DNA from: Octopus sinensis | Taxonomy: Eukaryota | Assembly (NCBI RefSeq): GCF_006345805.1 | Contig: NC_043008.1 | Coordinates: 26,722,001 to 26,786,000 of the forward strand | Direction of reading: 5' to 3' | Length of the DNA: 64,000 nucleotides | Part shown: positions 50,731 to 61,819 of the stretch, piece after piece | How positions within the stretch are numbered: position 1 is the stretch's first letter | Layout: every line of letters begins with the position of its first letter | Made by a program: the position numbers and the translations under genes | The notes under the pieces: generated by a model | The model's database searches: none | Told to the model about the DNA's origin: nothing | The model's input: the letters and a program-made list of their open reading frames with translations, nothing else

Positions 50731-51615
50731 AAAGACATACTTACTACATACATTATATATATAAAGGAAAAACAATGAAAGATCACATTCATATACGATA
50801 CCCGAGGACAGTCTGTTTCTGGATTTGTATTGCTTTTCCTTTATACCTATGTGAGTTATTTTCTGAGTATGCATTGTCTGGAGACTTTTATTTGCAGTTG
50901 AAGAAATAGCCATATTTTTGGCTGCTATTTCTGAAAAGTTCGGTGTGTGGTAAAGTGAATTTTTTTACTTTACCATATTTTTATAAATTAATACTTCAAA
51001 TACACCGTAAATGGTCTTTACATACCGAATACTGCTTGGTCGAATTTATTAACAATTAATTAATTCTACCCCCTTTTTTGATGACAATACATTATATATA
51101 TATATATATGTATGTATGTTTGTATGTGTGTTTATATGAACCCCACCCCCACACACACACATTCATTTATAATATCACTGATAATCAAACACCAGAAGAA
51201 AGATTAGGTTATATTTCATTTTGTAACTAACACTTTAACAGTTGTTAATTAAAACTAATCATTCATCATTAAAATGAATTATGACTACAATAAGTCAAAA
51301 TTACAAATAATCAATCACAAAAGTTACGTAAAGTGCAAATTATTATACCTTTAGTGTAATTAATATATGATAGATAATAAAGATACCCATTGATGATGTG
51401 AAACTAATTGAATAACTTAATGTTCCCTTTGGTTAATATATCTTTTAAATTAGAATTTTAGTCATCAAGCTATAATTTCGTTTTTATTGTGTTTGCTGCT
51501 GTGTAACCAAAGTCAGTCCTAACTAAGCAGATATATTTTGATCAAAGGCTTTCTAGCCATGACCACTGTTATTTTGTTTATCTGTAACTAGATTTATATT
51601 TCTGTAACTAGATGT

Positions 51616-51930
51616 TTTTTTTATTTATGCACCCTTTTCAAGCCTAGCCAGGCTCATGGGCCCAGTTTCCCGGTTTCTGTGGGGTATGTGTTGCCCCCAG
51701 CTGGATGGGACACCAGTCCATTGCAGCATTACTCAAGAAACAGGAAGAAAGAGTGAGAGAAAGTTGGGGAAAAAGAGTACAACAGGGGTTGCCACCACCA
51801 TCTGCGGGAGCCTCGTGGAGCTTAGGTATTTTCGTTCAATAAACACACACAACACCCAGTCTGGGAATCAAAACCGCGATCCTCCAACCGTGAGTCTGCT
51901 GCCCTAACCACTGGGCCATTGTGCCTCCAC
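51616..51930 (-). mobile_element. tRNA-derived SINE with family C head, a different tail and a 12-bp TSD
   Basis: Minus-strand head gtggaggcacaatggcccagtggttagggcagcagactc..ggttttgattcc. The direct repeat gtaactagatgt at 51604-51615 and 51931-51942 flanks the element and its A-rich tail. Confidence 0.9.
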
Positions 51931-52504
51931 GTAACTAGATGTACATTTTTAAAATGGTAGATTGCATTTTAGGTAATATAGTTGCTATTTCTAAAAGGTT
52001 GAACAACTGCATACGAGTTCTTTTCTTGACTTATCTTGTCAGGTATGGAATACAGGAAAAATTTATGCTTGATTAAACAGATATGAAAGTTAATTAATAA
52101 GGATTTCCTGTAGAGATTAGACCTGAATGTGGAAAGATAAATATTCTTTTGTTAATGTGTCTTGTATTATAAGAATTTCTGTTTTTCTTAAAGAAGCCTC
52201 CAGATTGGTAAGTATGTACAAAACAACATATTTTAAACATTATAAAAGATAAAGGAATATTTAAATTCTCAAATTATGAAAAATAGTGTTTTATGAAAGA
52301 TAACAAAAAATATTCCTAAGGCATTTTTTGAAAGAGAAAATATTCTGTCAAATACAGTTTGATGGCTGACTTTGTTTCTACATTTGCATGGAGTAAAGAC
52401 ATGAGTGAGTGGAACAAAGCATAAAGCATTTCTTTATCTCATGATATGACAACAGTTTGTTAAGGAATTTTGTGCACTGTAAATCAGTGATGTCTGATGG
52501 TTGT

Positions 52505-53530
52505 TATCATCAATATTATCATAATTTTACATCTGCTTTTTCCTTGCATGATTGGGTGAGACGAAACTTCTCTTGCACAGTGTCTTGCTACATTTTTCAT
52601 CCTTAGTTACCTCTTGTATGCAGTTCAGCCTTATGAGATAACCATTTCTTCCTATGTCTTTCTTGGTCTTTGTTTTCATTTCCTTTGTATCACTTGGTAT
52701 TTCTTTATACTGCTGTCTTTCTTTATATTCAATATATAATTAGATTTTCACAGCCTTCTCTCCTGCACTGTACTAACAATTTGCCTGTGCCCAGTTTTTC
52801 TCTTAGCTTCTTTGAAGTGTGTCATTCAGAACACTTCCAGTGAAATATGCTCACTTCGTTTCTTTCTAGCTTTTGCACATCATCTAGATTCACTACTCGT
52901 ATTTTGCTACACTTCATACATAGGCATCATACTATCAGTCCTTCACCTAGAGATAGAATCCATTTGCTGTCCATTGGCAAAATAGATCTCTGAGGTTATA
53001 TCAATCAATTCTTACTCCGAGTTCTATGCTTTCAGAATACCAGCCTCCACTGCTAATTAAGTCACTTTGGTAACAGAATCTATCAAGTACTTCTTGGAAG
53101 CTTTCCAAGTATTTGAAGGAACTCATTTGTTGAACTCTCCTGAAATTGTCTCACAATGAACCAAGTCTTGCCAGCCCCCTGTTCTGATACAAACCCAGTC
53201 TGCATCTTATCTAACATAATTCTGTTACAAATTGGTTATTTTCATAATTCCAGCCATTAACTGGATACATCTAAAGTTGTTTCTTTCTAGAGCATCTCTT
53301 TTGGCTTAGTAACAGTTGGTGATGATACTCGTACTTCAGTCATTGGAGATGACACTTCCTTGTAATACAACATTGTTTATGCAAGTGAATTTCACATCCT
53401 ACTTTGCTGGATACTGTTATCCAACTACTTTCTCTCCTGTGCATCCAGAATAGCTCTTTCAAGTATATATCTGTGAAATTCAGTAGCTTGTCCCTCTGTC
53501 ATTATGTGCATTCTAATCCAGGCTCTCATC
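52505..53530 (-). mobile_element. Very old RTE LINE remnant
   Basis: Minus strand retains traces of the YLG..ISSGG, RLYD..V..MMP-like and RP.KT motifs, and a diverged terminus near 52505. Confidence 0.55.
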
Positions 53531-55139
53531 ATTTACAAGTCCAATATATCTAATATTTTTACAAAGTAAGATCAACACTTCAATAACTAATAGTAAAGAA
53601 TTGTTTCCTGCTCATGTTAAAGTAACATATATTCTGTTTTATAAAGTATTTTAGTTGTAATTAGTTCTATTATTAATTGATATTAGTTCTATTACATATA
53701 ATTATAAATGATGTATTGATATTACATATCATTTATCAAATCGATGCCTAATAAATCATTTAGAGCAAGATATAGGTAACTAATGAATACTAGAAAGACA
53801 AGTGGTTGAAAAATACAGCCCTGTGGTACTCCATGACAAAACTTCTTGTTTATTAAATGAATACTCTATAGAGATTCAAACTGATAGTAAGATTAATGTT
53901 AAGCTCTTTGATGTATGCCTTTTTCTTCATAATAACTAAGCTCCTACTTTAGAGGTGAATATAATTTACATAACAAAAATGTATCTGCACAAAGAAACAG
54001 AATTAAAATTAATTAAAATATATGACAAAAGTAGAATCAATTATCAGTGATATTGATTTTCTCTATCAGAACCAGACTGGATAAAGCAGACTAAATTGAC
54101 CCTGGGGGAAAGACAGTTATAATCAGTCTCGCAGAGAATTCAACAAAGATCATATATGGTGACATTTCCTCTACCAGTTCTGTAATTCAACCCTATCACA
54201 CTTTAATTAAAAGTCGTATTAATATAAAATCTGTGAAAGAGCTGTAAAGTAAGCTTAAGACCTGGAGAAGTGAAATCTTTGACACAAAGTTGGACCACAA
54301 TAGAAAAATTCACTTCACTTTATGAAAAGACAATAGCCTGGGGAACAATAACTTTTACTCTTCAGACTTTGTTTATATCCCCATAATAAAGTGAAAATAT
54401 TTCACAGGGACTCAGCTACAAATTATTGCTAATCAAACATTTTATTTTCTTGTTCACACAACTAAGTTAGTAATCAATGTTAAAAATAAGACAAAAATAG
54501 AACATCAAAATAAATACATTACTGTACTTCATTCATATTTCTTAGTTTTAATTTCAAATTCCTTCTCAGACAAAGAACTTTTCTATTTCTCCATGGTTGG
54601 AGAAATGCATACAAATACATAAATCTGTTTTACACACTTGATTGGAGAAACAAAGCTAAATCCCTATGGAAACCATGCCAACTCAGTAATTGGAGTCCGA
54701 TGTAACCATTCAGTTGATTGAATCCCCTCAGACTGTTCAACCAACATCAGGATGAAAAACATACTTTAAATGATTTGGTTGATGATGATTATGACATTCT
54801 TGTTCAATAACAGGTCTTATGTTATAATAAGGATTCAATATAAGAATTAATTATTTAGTAATTATATTAGCACTTGTAAAATAATTGATTATAAGCCATT
54901 ATAGCATGGATGACATATTAGCCATTTAAAACAGTTAAACACTTATTATATGGAGTCAAAAGTTTTGTCACACTAACTGCTACCTGGTCACTGATGCAGT
55001 TCCACTGCAACTGTTTTGAAAGTAAGGCAGTGGGCCTCTATATATAGGCTTCAGGATTTTAAATATTATGTTTTCTTCTATATTGGTCAGTTATTTTGGT
55101 TATTGTCTATCTGTACTGGTGCCTATATATCTTAAGCAA

Positions 55140-56320
55140 AGTGCTTTTTTAATCTAAAATATACTCTCTTTCATTTTCTACAATGCTCTTCCATCTATCT
55201 CATAGACCTTCAAGGCGGCTTTTCCAAAATTCCGTGATGAATAGTACTCCTCCAGTACTGTTCTGATATTGTCTACAGAATGCATATTTTTGTCGTCCAA
55301 ATGATTTTGAAGACTAGAATAAATGATAATCAGATGGGGCAATATCCGGTGAATATGATAAGTGAGGCATCGTTTCCCCTTCAATCTGCTCTACCCTTTG
55401 GAATGTCATCCTTGTTGTATGTAGCCAAAAATTATCCTGATAGAAGGACACCTTTTATGTTGAAACCAAAGATAGTTGTTTTTCTTCTAACTACTCACAG
55501 TAGATCTCCTTTGTTATTGCTTGGTTTGGGTTTAAAAGTTCAAAGTGGACTAAACCTTTTATATCTCACCAAACAGATAACCACAACTTACATGGGTGAA
55601 GACATTCTTTAGCCTGGGATGCCGTGTTTCTCCTTTCTGTACCCACTATTTTTGGTGCTTGACATTTTTATTGAGAACCCATTTCTTGTCACCAGTCCCT
55701 ATTTGATCCAAAAATGGTTCATTCGTGAGACGTGATAACAAAGAAGAGCACATATTCACTCTCTATGTGAAATTAGACTCGGGAAAGTTTGTGAGGAACT
55801 CATTGACCCAATTTGCTGACTTTTCCGATGGCACACAGATGTCGATGAATGGTTGAATGACCAAATTCATGTTTCTCTGCTGGTTCCTAAACAATTACAA
55901 TGGGATTCTGTTCCACTAGGATGTCTTTATTCAGCTCTACAGATCTTCCAGGATGAGCCTCATCCTCTAGGCTGTAGTTTCGGCTCAGAATTTCTGAAAC
56001 CACCGTTGACATTGGCTTGCACTTACCATCTAATTCCCATATACTGCATTAATATTCTTCATACTTTCCATTGCATTGTTGCCTTTATTGAACTAATAAA
56101 GCAAAATATATGAAATATGATCCTCTGACACTTCCACTATAGCTTTGAAAAGATAACTGTTAAAATCGAACTGCACTCTTCAAAACTTGCACTAAGAATA
56201 AGGGCAAGGTAAAATTACTACCTGCTTTTATAGCAAGTTGATGCAGGTAGTTTAGCTCGTCCCCTCCATCTTTTAGTTCATGCAAATGAAAAAAACTTCA
56301 TTATGGGATGATCCAATATA
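55140..56320 (-). mobile_element. Decayed mariner transposon
   Basis: Minus strand reads ILLY.FNKGNNA.ES.KNINAVYG, QRWFQKF..GNYSLEDE, EPFLDQI.TGDKKW, an HDNARPH region and HRILPHLIIIYSSLQNHL (PYSPDIAPSDYHLF frameshifted). A TIR-like tattggatcatcccataa lies at ~56302-56319. Confidence 0.85.
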
Positions 56321-58089
56321 TACACACACACTTGGCCTTTATATACTGGTCCAAAACCTTGTCTCACCAAATCAAAAAATGTTTAAGTGAAGTGAACATT
56401 TTTTGTATCTTTTTGAATGGCTAATATGTCTTCCATGCTGTAACTGTTTCAATATTAACTCATGGTCTCAGATCAAATCACTTGCCAGACATAGATAATT
56501 CTAAAATTAATTAATAATTTAAAAGCAACCAATTTGACATAATTTTCAACTCTTATCAACAATATATTACCAACTTGAAGGTAATTAAATGCTTTATGTT
56601 GATTAAATATTTTATGTTCCTGTGCTGTAAATCAATTAATTATATGTTCAACAACAAGAGAAAATGTTAATACAATGATATATCAAAGTTTCTTCTAATT
56701 TTCTAAAATATATTTCAATAAGGCAACATGTATGTGTGGGTGTTTGCATGTTTGTTTGGAGTGTATATGTGTGTAATTGTGTGTATGTAATTCATTGACA
56801 ATTAGAAGTAATATGTCACCAGTTAACATTTTATATACTTTCTATGGGAGTAAAAGTTGAACAGATTTCATATCACCTTACCACTTGTCACAGCCTTCAT
56901 TATCTGGTACTCGTAGCATAAGCTATTTTTGTTGCATATGCATATATGCTTGCTTTTGTGGCTGGATACCCTTCCTATCATCTACTATTTTACAGTATGG
57001 TCTTTCTACCCTTTATTGTGCTACCAGTTCTATGACAAATGCATATAGAGAATATCAATTACACAAATATTATTCAGGTTGTAAAAAAAAATAATGTTTT
57101 ATAGATACCAATTGCATTTGAAATAATTAAAATGTTAATGAATATCATTTTTTTGATTTCTTTCCAAAGTGACTGTTGTTAATGTGAGAATGCAGAGATT
57201 GTGTTTAAAAAACATTGTCTTGTGTGAGAGCATCTGAACAAAGTTTTAAATTTCAGTTTTTTATGCAAATATCTCAAAAGATTAGTCAAAGATCAATCAG
57301 CTAAGATATCTAGAATTCAAGTTCAGTACTCATGTTCTATTTCTGGGCAGAACAGAGAATTCTTCATTGCCTCAGTTCACTGAGCAGTGGTGAACAGAAA
57401 CCAATTTTTATATTGGAAAGTTAAATCCACTACATTGAGAAATTGTTTATAGCAGAAGCAGTCTGAGCGGAACCATGAGACAGTCTGACTTATAGAAAAT
57501 TGTATGTTCAACCCCTTAGTGTAAAGAATCTTATTATAAATGAGATCTAAGGAACTTAACGGAGTGAAGTCAACATGGTGTGTCTCTCTGACAGATTGCA
57601 CACAGCTATCTGGTTCTTATGTCTGGTTGTAAAAATTAATACATGAACCTTTCATTACCATTTATTTTTATTATTGTTACTGTTTTTTTTAAACTAAAGT
57701 AATCTGTTGAACATGTGTTGGTATTTTTAGAGTTATTGCTTCTGACAGTGTTTCGTAATAGGGCTTCTGAAGTTCACACCACCTCCATTTTCTGTTCGTA
57801 TTCTTTTAATGATTTTTCTAAGATAGATACCCTTATTATCACCTGCAAATTTGCTGCATGGAATCTGCAAATGTTATCATACACTGGAACTAGAGAGGTT
57901 TCTCAAATAATTCTAGTCCTTACTACCATACTTACCTCTGCTCATTCCTTTCATACATGCACTCATGAAATAGGGAGTAATAAACAGTCCGACATTTGGT
58001 ATTTTGTCCTGTACTATTCTCTCATGTGTTATGTATTTTTCACTCATTGGTAATGTCCTGTAAAGTGTATTTTTTATTTTATTTTATTC

Positions 58090-58123
<34 letters not shown>

Positions 58124-58199
58124 ATGTATATTGGATTGTCCGTAAACATGAATCTGAGAAAAAGAAGCACACTCTAAGTTATAGAACAGTATATATTAA

Positions 58200-59450
58200 A
58201 CGGGAAGGTTTACGAAAATAAACAAAAGACGAAGGCAGGTGGAGTACAAACAAACAATTGTATTAGTATGGCGCTCAGGAATAGAAATAAAACAAGTCTT
58301 TTACATTTCGAGCCTACGCTCTTCAACAGAAAGATACACAGAAAAGAAACAAGGAGAGAAAAAAAATATATACTGGACCAGTATATATTAAAGTTAGATA
58401 AGGCCAGTTTATGGGATTTACCTTGGGCTTCATATCCATAAAATGCTTTGCTTTATGCTGTATCATCAGATCCCAAACCTGTTCGCTGAAGGCCTCTCTA
58501 GCAAGTCACCTCTCTAGTGATGGAGGAGAACAGGAGTCCATTACTCAAATGTTGACAACAACAATGGCACCAACACCAACACTATCATCACCTCCACTGA
58601 TGCCAACACCGGCAGTGACAGCAGCAATAGTGTCAATTCCAGCAACAGCGGTTGTAGCAACACCAACAGACACACCACTGCCAACTCCTGACCATGGAGA
58701 TACATTGGCTGTTTCTGGAACTCATTCAAACATTGTCTCCCCAACCACAGATCCTCCTGCAGGATGCCAGAAAGGAGATTCATTATGTTAATAGCCAGCT
58801 ATGTATGGCAGCTAATAGACAACAGGATTTTATATCATGGAGAATCCTAGAAAAGCCAGGCCCCTACATTAAAAGGACCAATCATTGTAAATCATGCATA
58901 GCGGAATGGGCGAGGACCTTAAAGGATTCCTCAACCCAAGGAACATCCTGAACGTCAGAATGGAGGTCTTCAAACTTTGCTTACATTTCAGGAAATTCTT
59001 GCTAGCCTATTGGAACCCATGGGATAACAGGGTCACTGGTGATCGATAGCTAAAAGGATACAATCTCCTTTGGTGACATCAGCAATAGATAGCCTAGTGG
59101 AGACAATTCCTTTTGTTGACATGGAGTAGTAGGGTCTTTTCTTCCTCCATATTCTTGAGAGGCCACTTGCTAGAGAGGCCTTTAGCCAATAGGTTTTGGG
59201 ATCTGATGATATGCCATAAACTCTTTATAGACATGAAACCTAAGGTTAGCCCATAACCCAGCCTTTGCTCGCCACTACACATTCTTTATTTTCTCTCCTT
59301 GTTTTTTTCTGTGTTCCTTTCTGTAGAAGAGTGTAGGCTCGAAATATTAAAGACCTTTTCAGTTCCCGAGCATTATACTAATACATCTGTTTGTTGTCTA
59401 CACTACTTGTCTTCATCTTTTGTTTTTTTTTGTGAATTCTCCCCATATAT
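58200..59450. mobile_element. Penelope-like 3' end (GIY-YIG C-terminus at ~58830-59015, plus strand) inside nested inverted repeats
   Basis: Plus strand reads ISWRILEKPGPY.KRTNHCKSCIAE and NILNVRMEVFKLCLHFRKFLL, homologous to the end of the 19295-20830 ORF. Inner arms are 58400-58520/59155-59275 and outer arms are 58200-58365/59285-59450. A degenerate CUGAUGA..GAAAC motif is at 59203-59247, with an inverted copy at ~58415-58470. Confidence 0.75.
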
Positions 59451-59599
59451 AAATATATATATATATACACACACAAACACACACACACACACACAGACAT
59501 ATATATATATTTATATGTATATATATATATATATGTATGTATATATATATGTGTGTGTGTGTATATATATATATATGTGTGTATATATATATGTATATA

Positions 59600-59757
59600 T
59601 ATAGAGGGAGAATTCACGAAAAAAGAAAAAGATAAAGACAGGTGGTGTAGAAAACAAACAGATGTATTAGAAAAACGCCCGGGAATTGAAAAAGTCTTTA
59701 ACGTTTGAAGCCTATGCTCTTCCACAGAAAGGAACACAGAAAGAAACAAGGAGAAAA
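59600..59757. repeat. Third copy of the 58200-58365 repeat, inverted relative to 59285-59450 across a (CA)/(TA) tract
   Basis: gggagaattcacgaaaaaag..gctcttccacagaaaggaacacagaaagaaacaaggag. Confidence 0.85.
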
Positions 59758-60239
59758 ACATTCTCCATTTCATATTTGAACTCATAACAGCTTATGGGTA
59801 CAGTAGCCTATAATATTCCTGATGATTTAAGATAAATGTTTGAGATCATTTTTTATCAATTAATTATATATCTTAATTATATAATTATAGAATGAATAAT
59901 GCTTATTTCTAACAAAATGGCTGTTGGAAAGTAATTAAATTTTTATCTCTGAAATTTATGCTTTTCTTCAGGATCATTTCAGTTAATTATGCATCTACAT
60001 ACAATCTTCATTCCACCTGGATTTATTGCAATGTAATTACATGCTGGAGTTTAATGATCTTCATTACCAGGAATATATATATATTTTATGTAATACATCA
60101 TCACTATATATATATATATATTTTATGTATATCTATCTATATATATATATATATAATATATATATATATATAGTAATGCAATGTATATATATATATATAT
60201 ATACATAAATATATATACATTCATATTATACCTAAATAT

Positions 60240-60430
60240 ATCTTTCTGTTATCTTTTATTTGTTTCACTCATTGGATTGTGGCCATACTGGGAACCTCCT
60301 TGAAGAGTTTTAGTTGAACAATGTGACCTTAGTTCTTGTTTGTAAGCCTGGTACTATTCTATTGGTCTCTTTTGCTGAACCTCCAAGTTACAGGGGCATA
60401 AACAGACCAACATTGGTTGCCAAGCAGTGG
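60240..60430 (-). mobile_element. SINE family A, 3' half
   Basis: Reverse complement of the family A tail. Confidence 0.75.
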
Positions 60431-60482
60431 GAAGAAGATACAGACAAGATACATACACATATACTTATACATGTGTGTGTAT

Positions 60483-60538
<56 letters not shown>

Positions 60539-61189
60539 ATGTAGTGTATAGTGTAACTGATCTTTGATGTCTATGAACAAATATGCCAAATGTGATCTAT
60601 GTGAGATATTAATATCACTGACGAAAGAAATAATGATTCTGGATTGGATTTAAATTGAAATCTGCTCGTACCATTATATTTCCTGAAAAGCTGTAGGATG
60701 TATAAGTTAAATTTCACATTTGGATTTTAATTTAAACTTCTGTCAATCTTTCCATCTACTCTTATGAGTTTTAATATTAGCACCTTTGATGCAATGAACC
60801 AATCCTGTATCTATGATATCACTGAATATGTATTGTTTCAATGTGTATATTTGCCTCTCATGTCGAAATATTTATTTTACATATATATTTTTATGAAGCA
60901 TTTAAAGGATTGAAGTTTTACTTTTTTTACATGGACTGATAACTTAAAATTTTGTCGCAAATCCAAAATCTTCCATAATATTTCAATAACCCAATTAACT
61001 TCGAACTTCAAGCACTAAATAGTTGTGCTATAGATGGAGTATAACTGCCCCTATTCATGATATATATATATATATATTATATATATATATATATATACAC
61101 ACACACATATATATATACACACATATATATTGTCAATATATCATATATCTGTAAAAGAAGCACACTCTAAAGCAGTAATGTATTTATAT

Positions 61190-61345
61190 GTAGTTAAGTC
61201 TATGTTCAGTTATTGAGGGACCAATGGTTTCACATCCACAAAGGTCTTCAGCTTTAGAGTCTGATGAGATATCCATGGGGCTAAGCCCTTTGTGGATGCA
61301 AAACCATTGGTCATCCAATGAGTAGACATAGATTTAACTACGTAA
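61190..61345. repeat. Inverted repeat with a degenerate hammerhead motif
   Basis: Arms ~61190-61250 and ~61285-61345. CUGAUGA at 61261-61267 is followed by ..GGAUGC AAAAC CAUUG GUC, where GAAA has become AAAA. Confidence 0.7.
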
Positions 61346-61390
61346 AGATATATATATATACACACATACATATTTCATTCCATAATGGCT

Positions 61391-61473
61391 ACCTCTGATG
61401 AGCACAGGATTACATAATCTGATTGTTATTTAACACTCCATTGAATCCCTAGTGTGAAACCGATTGATAAGAT
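61391..61473 (+). ncRNA. Degenerate hammerhead-like motif with long stem II
   Basis: ACCU CUGAUGA GCAC AGGAUU..AAUCCCU AGUGU GAAAC CGAUUG AUA AGAU. The core is intact, with mismatches in stems I and III. Confidence 0.45.
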
Positions 61474-61754
61474 CAGCTATAATGGATAAATAATACTGTA
61501 CACTTCAGAAAATATGTGTGTGTCTGTATCGAAAGAGAGAGAGAGAATTACATTTTCAAGTCCCACAGCAAATCCTCTTACAAGGAAAAGAAAAGGGAAA
61601 ATATAAAAGCTCCTAACAATGCAGAAAGTTTTACAAAAACCTTTATATTTCAGGTACAAAGGCCTGTCCTCAGAAGGAAGCAGTCTAGGAAATATCCAGT
61701 TATACTGATTCCATTACCTTACTGAATCTCCTTGGTGTTAAATTAGCAGCAGTA

Positions 61755-61819
61755 TCAGCCGCTCTCCAACTGTTGGTGTAAGCAACAGTTGCTTATACCT
61801 ACAGTTGGAGAGCGGCTGA
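61755..61819. repeat. 65-nt near-perfect GC-rich hairpin
   Basis: tcagccgctctccaactgttggtgtaagcaac-a-gttgcttatacctacagttggagagcggctga. Confidence 0.85.

Noticed and set aside
57926-58050. Apparent minus-strand exon with an open frame and gtaagt donor
   Set aside because: Most of it is a half copy of the 4394-4779 foldback repeat, so the open frame and acceptor are repeat-derived.
58411-58791. Thr/Pro-rich 126-aa ORF as a mucin-like gene
   Set aside because: It is low-complexity sequence embedded within the Penelope-like inverted structure, and its start lies inside the repeat arm.
59815-59900. Hammerhead at CTGATGA ~59820 (also the weak cases at ~18040-18110, ~45310-45340 and ~49290-49335)
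   Set aside because: The GAAA or CUGANGA half is missing or truncated, so these are too degenerate to support.
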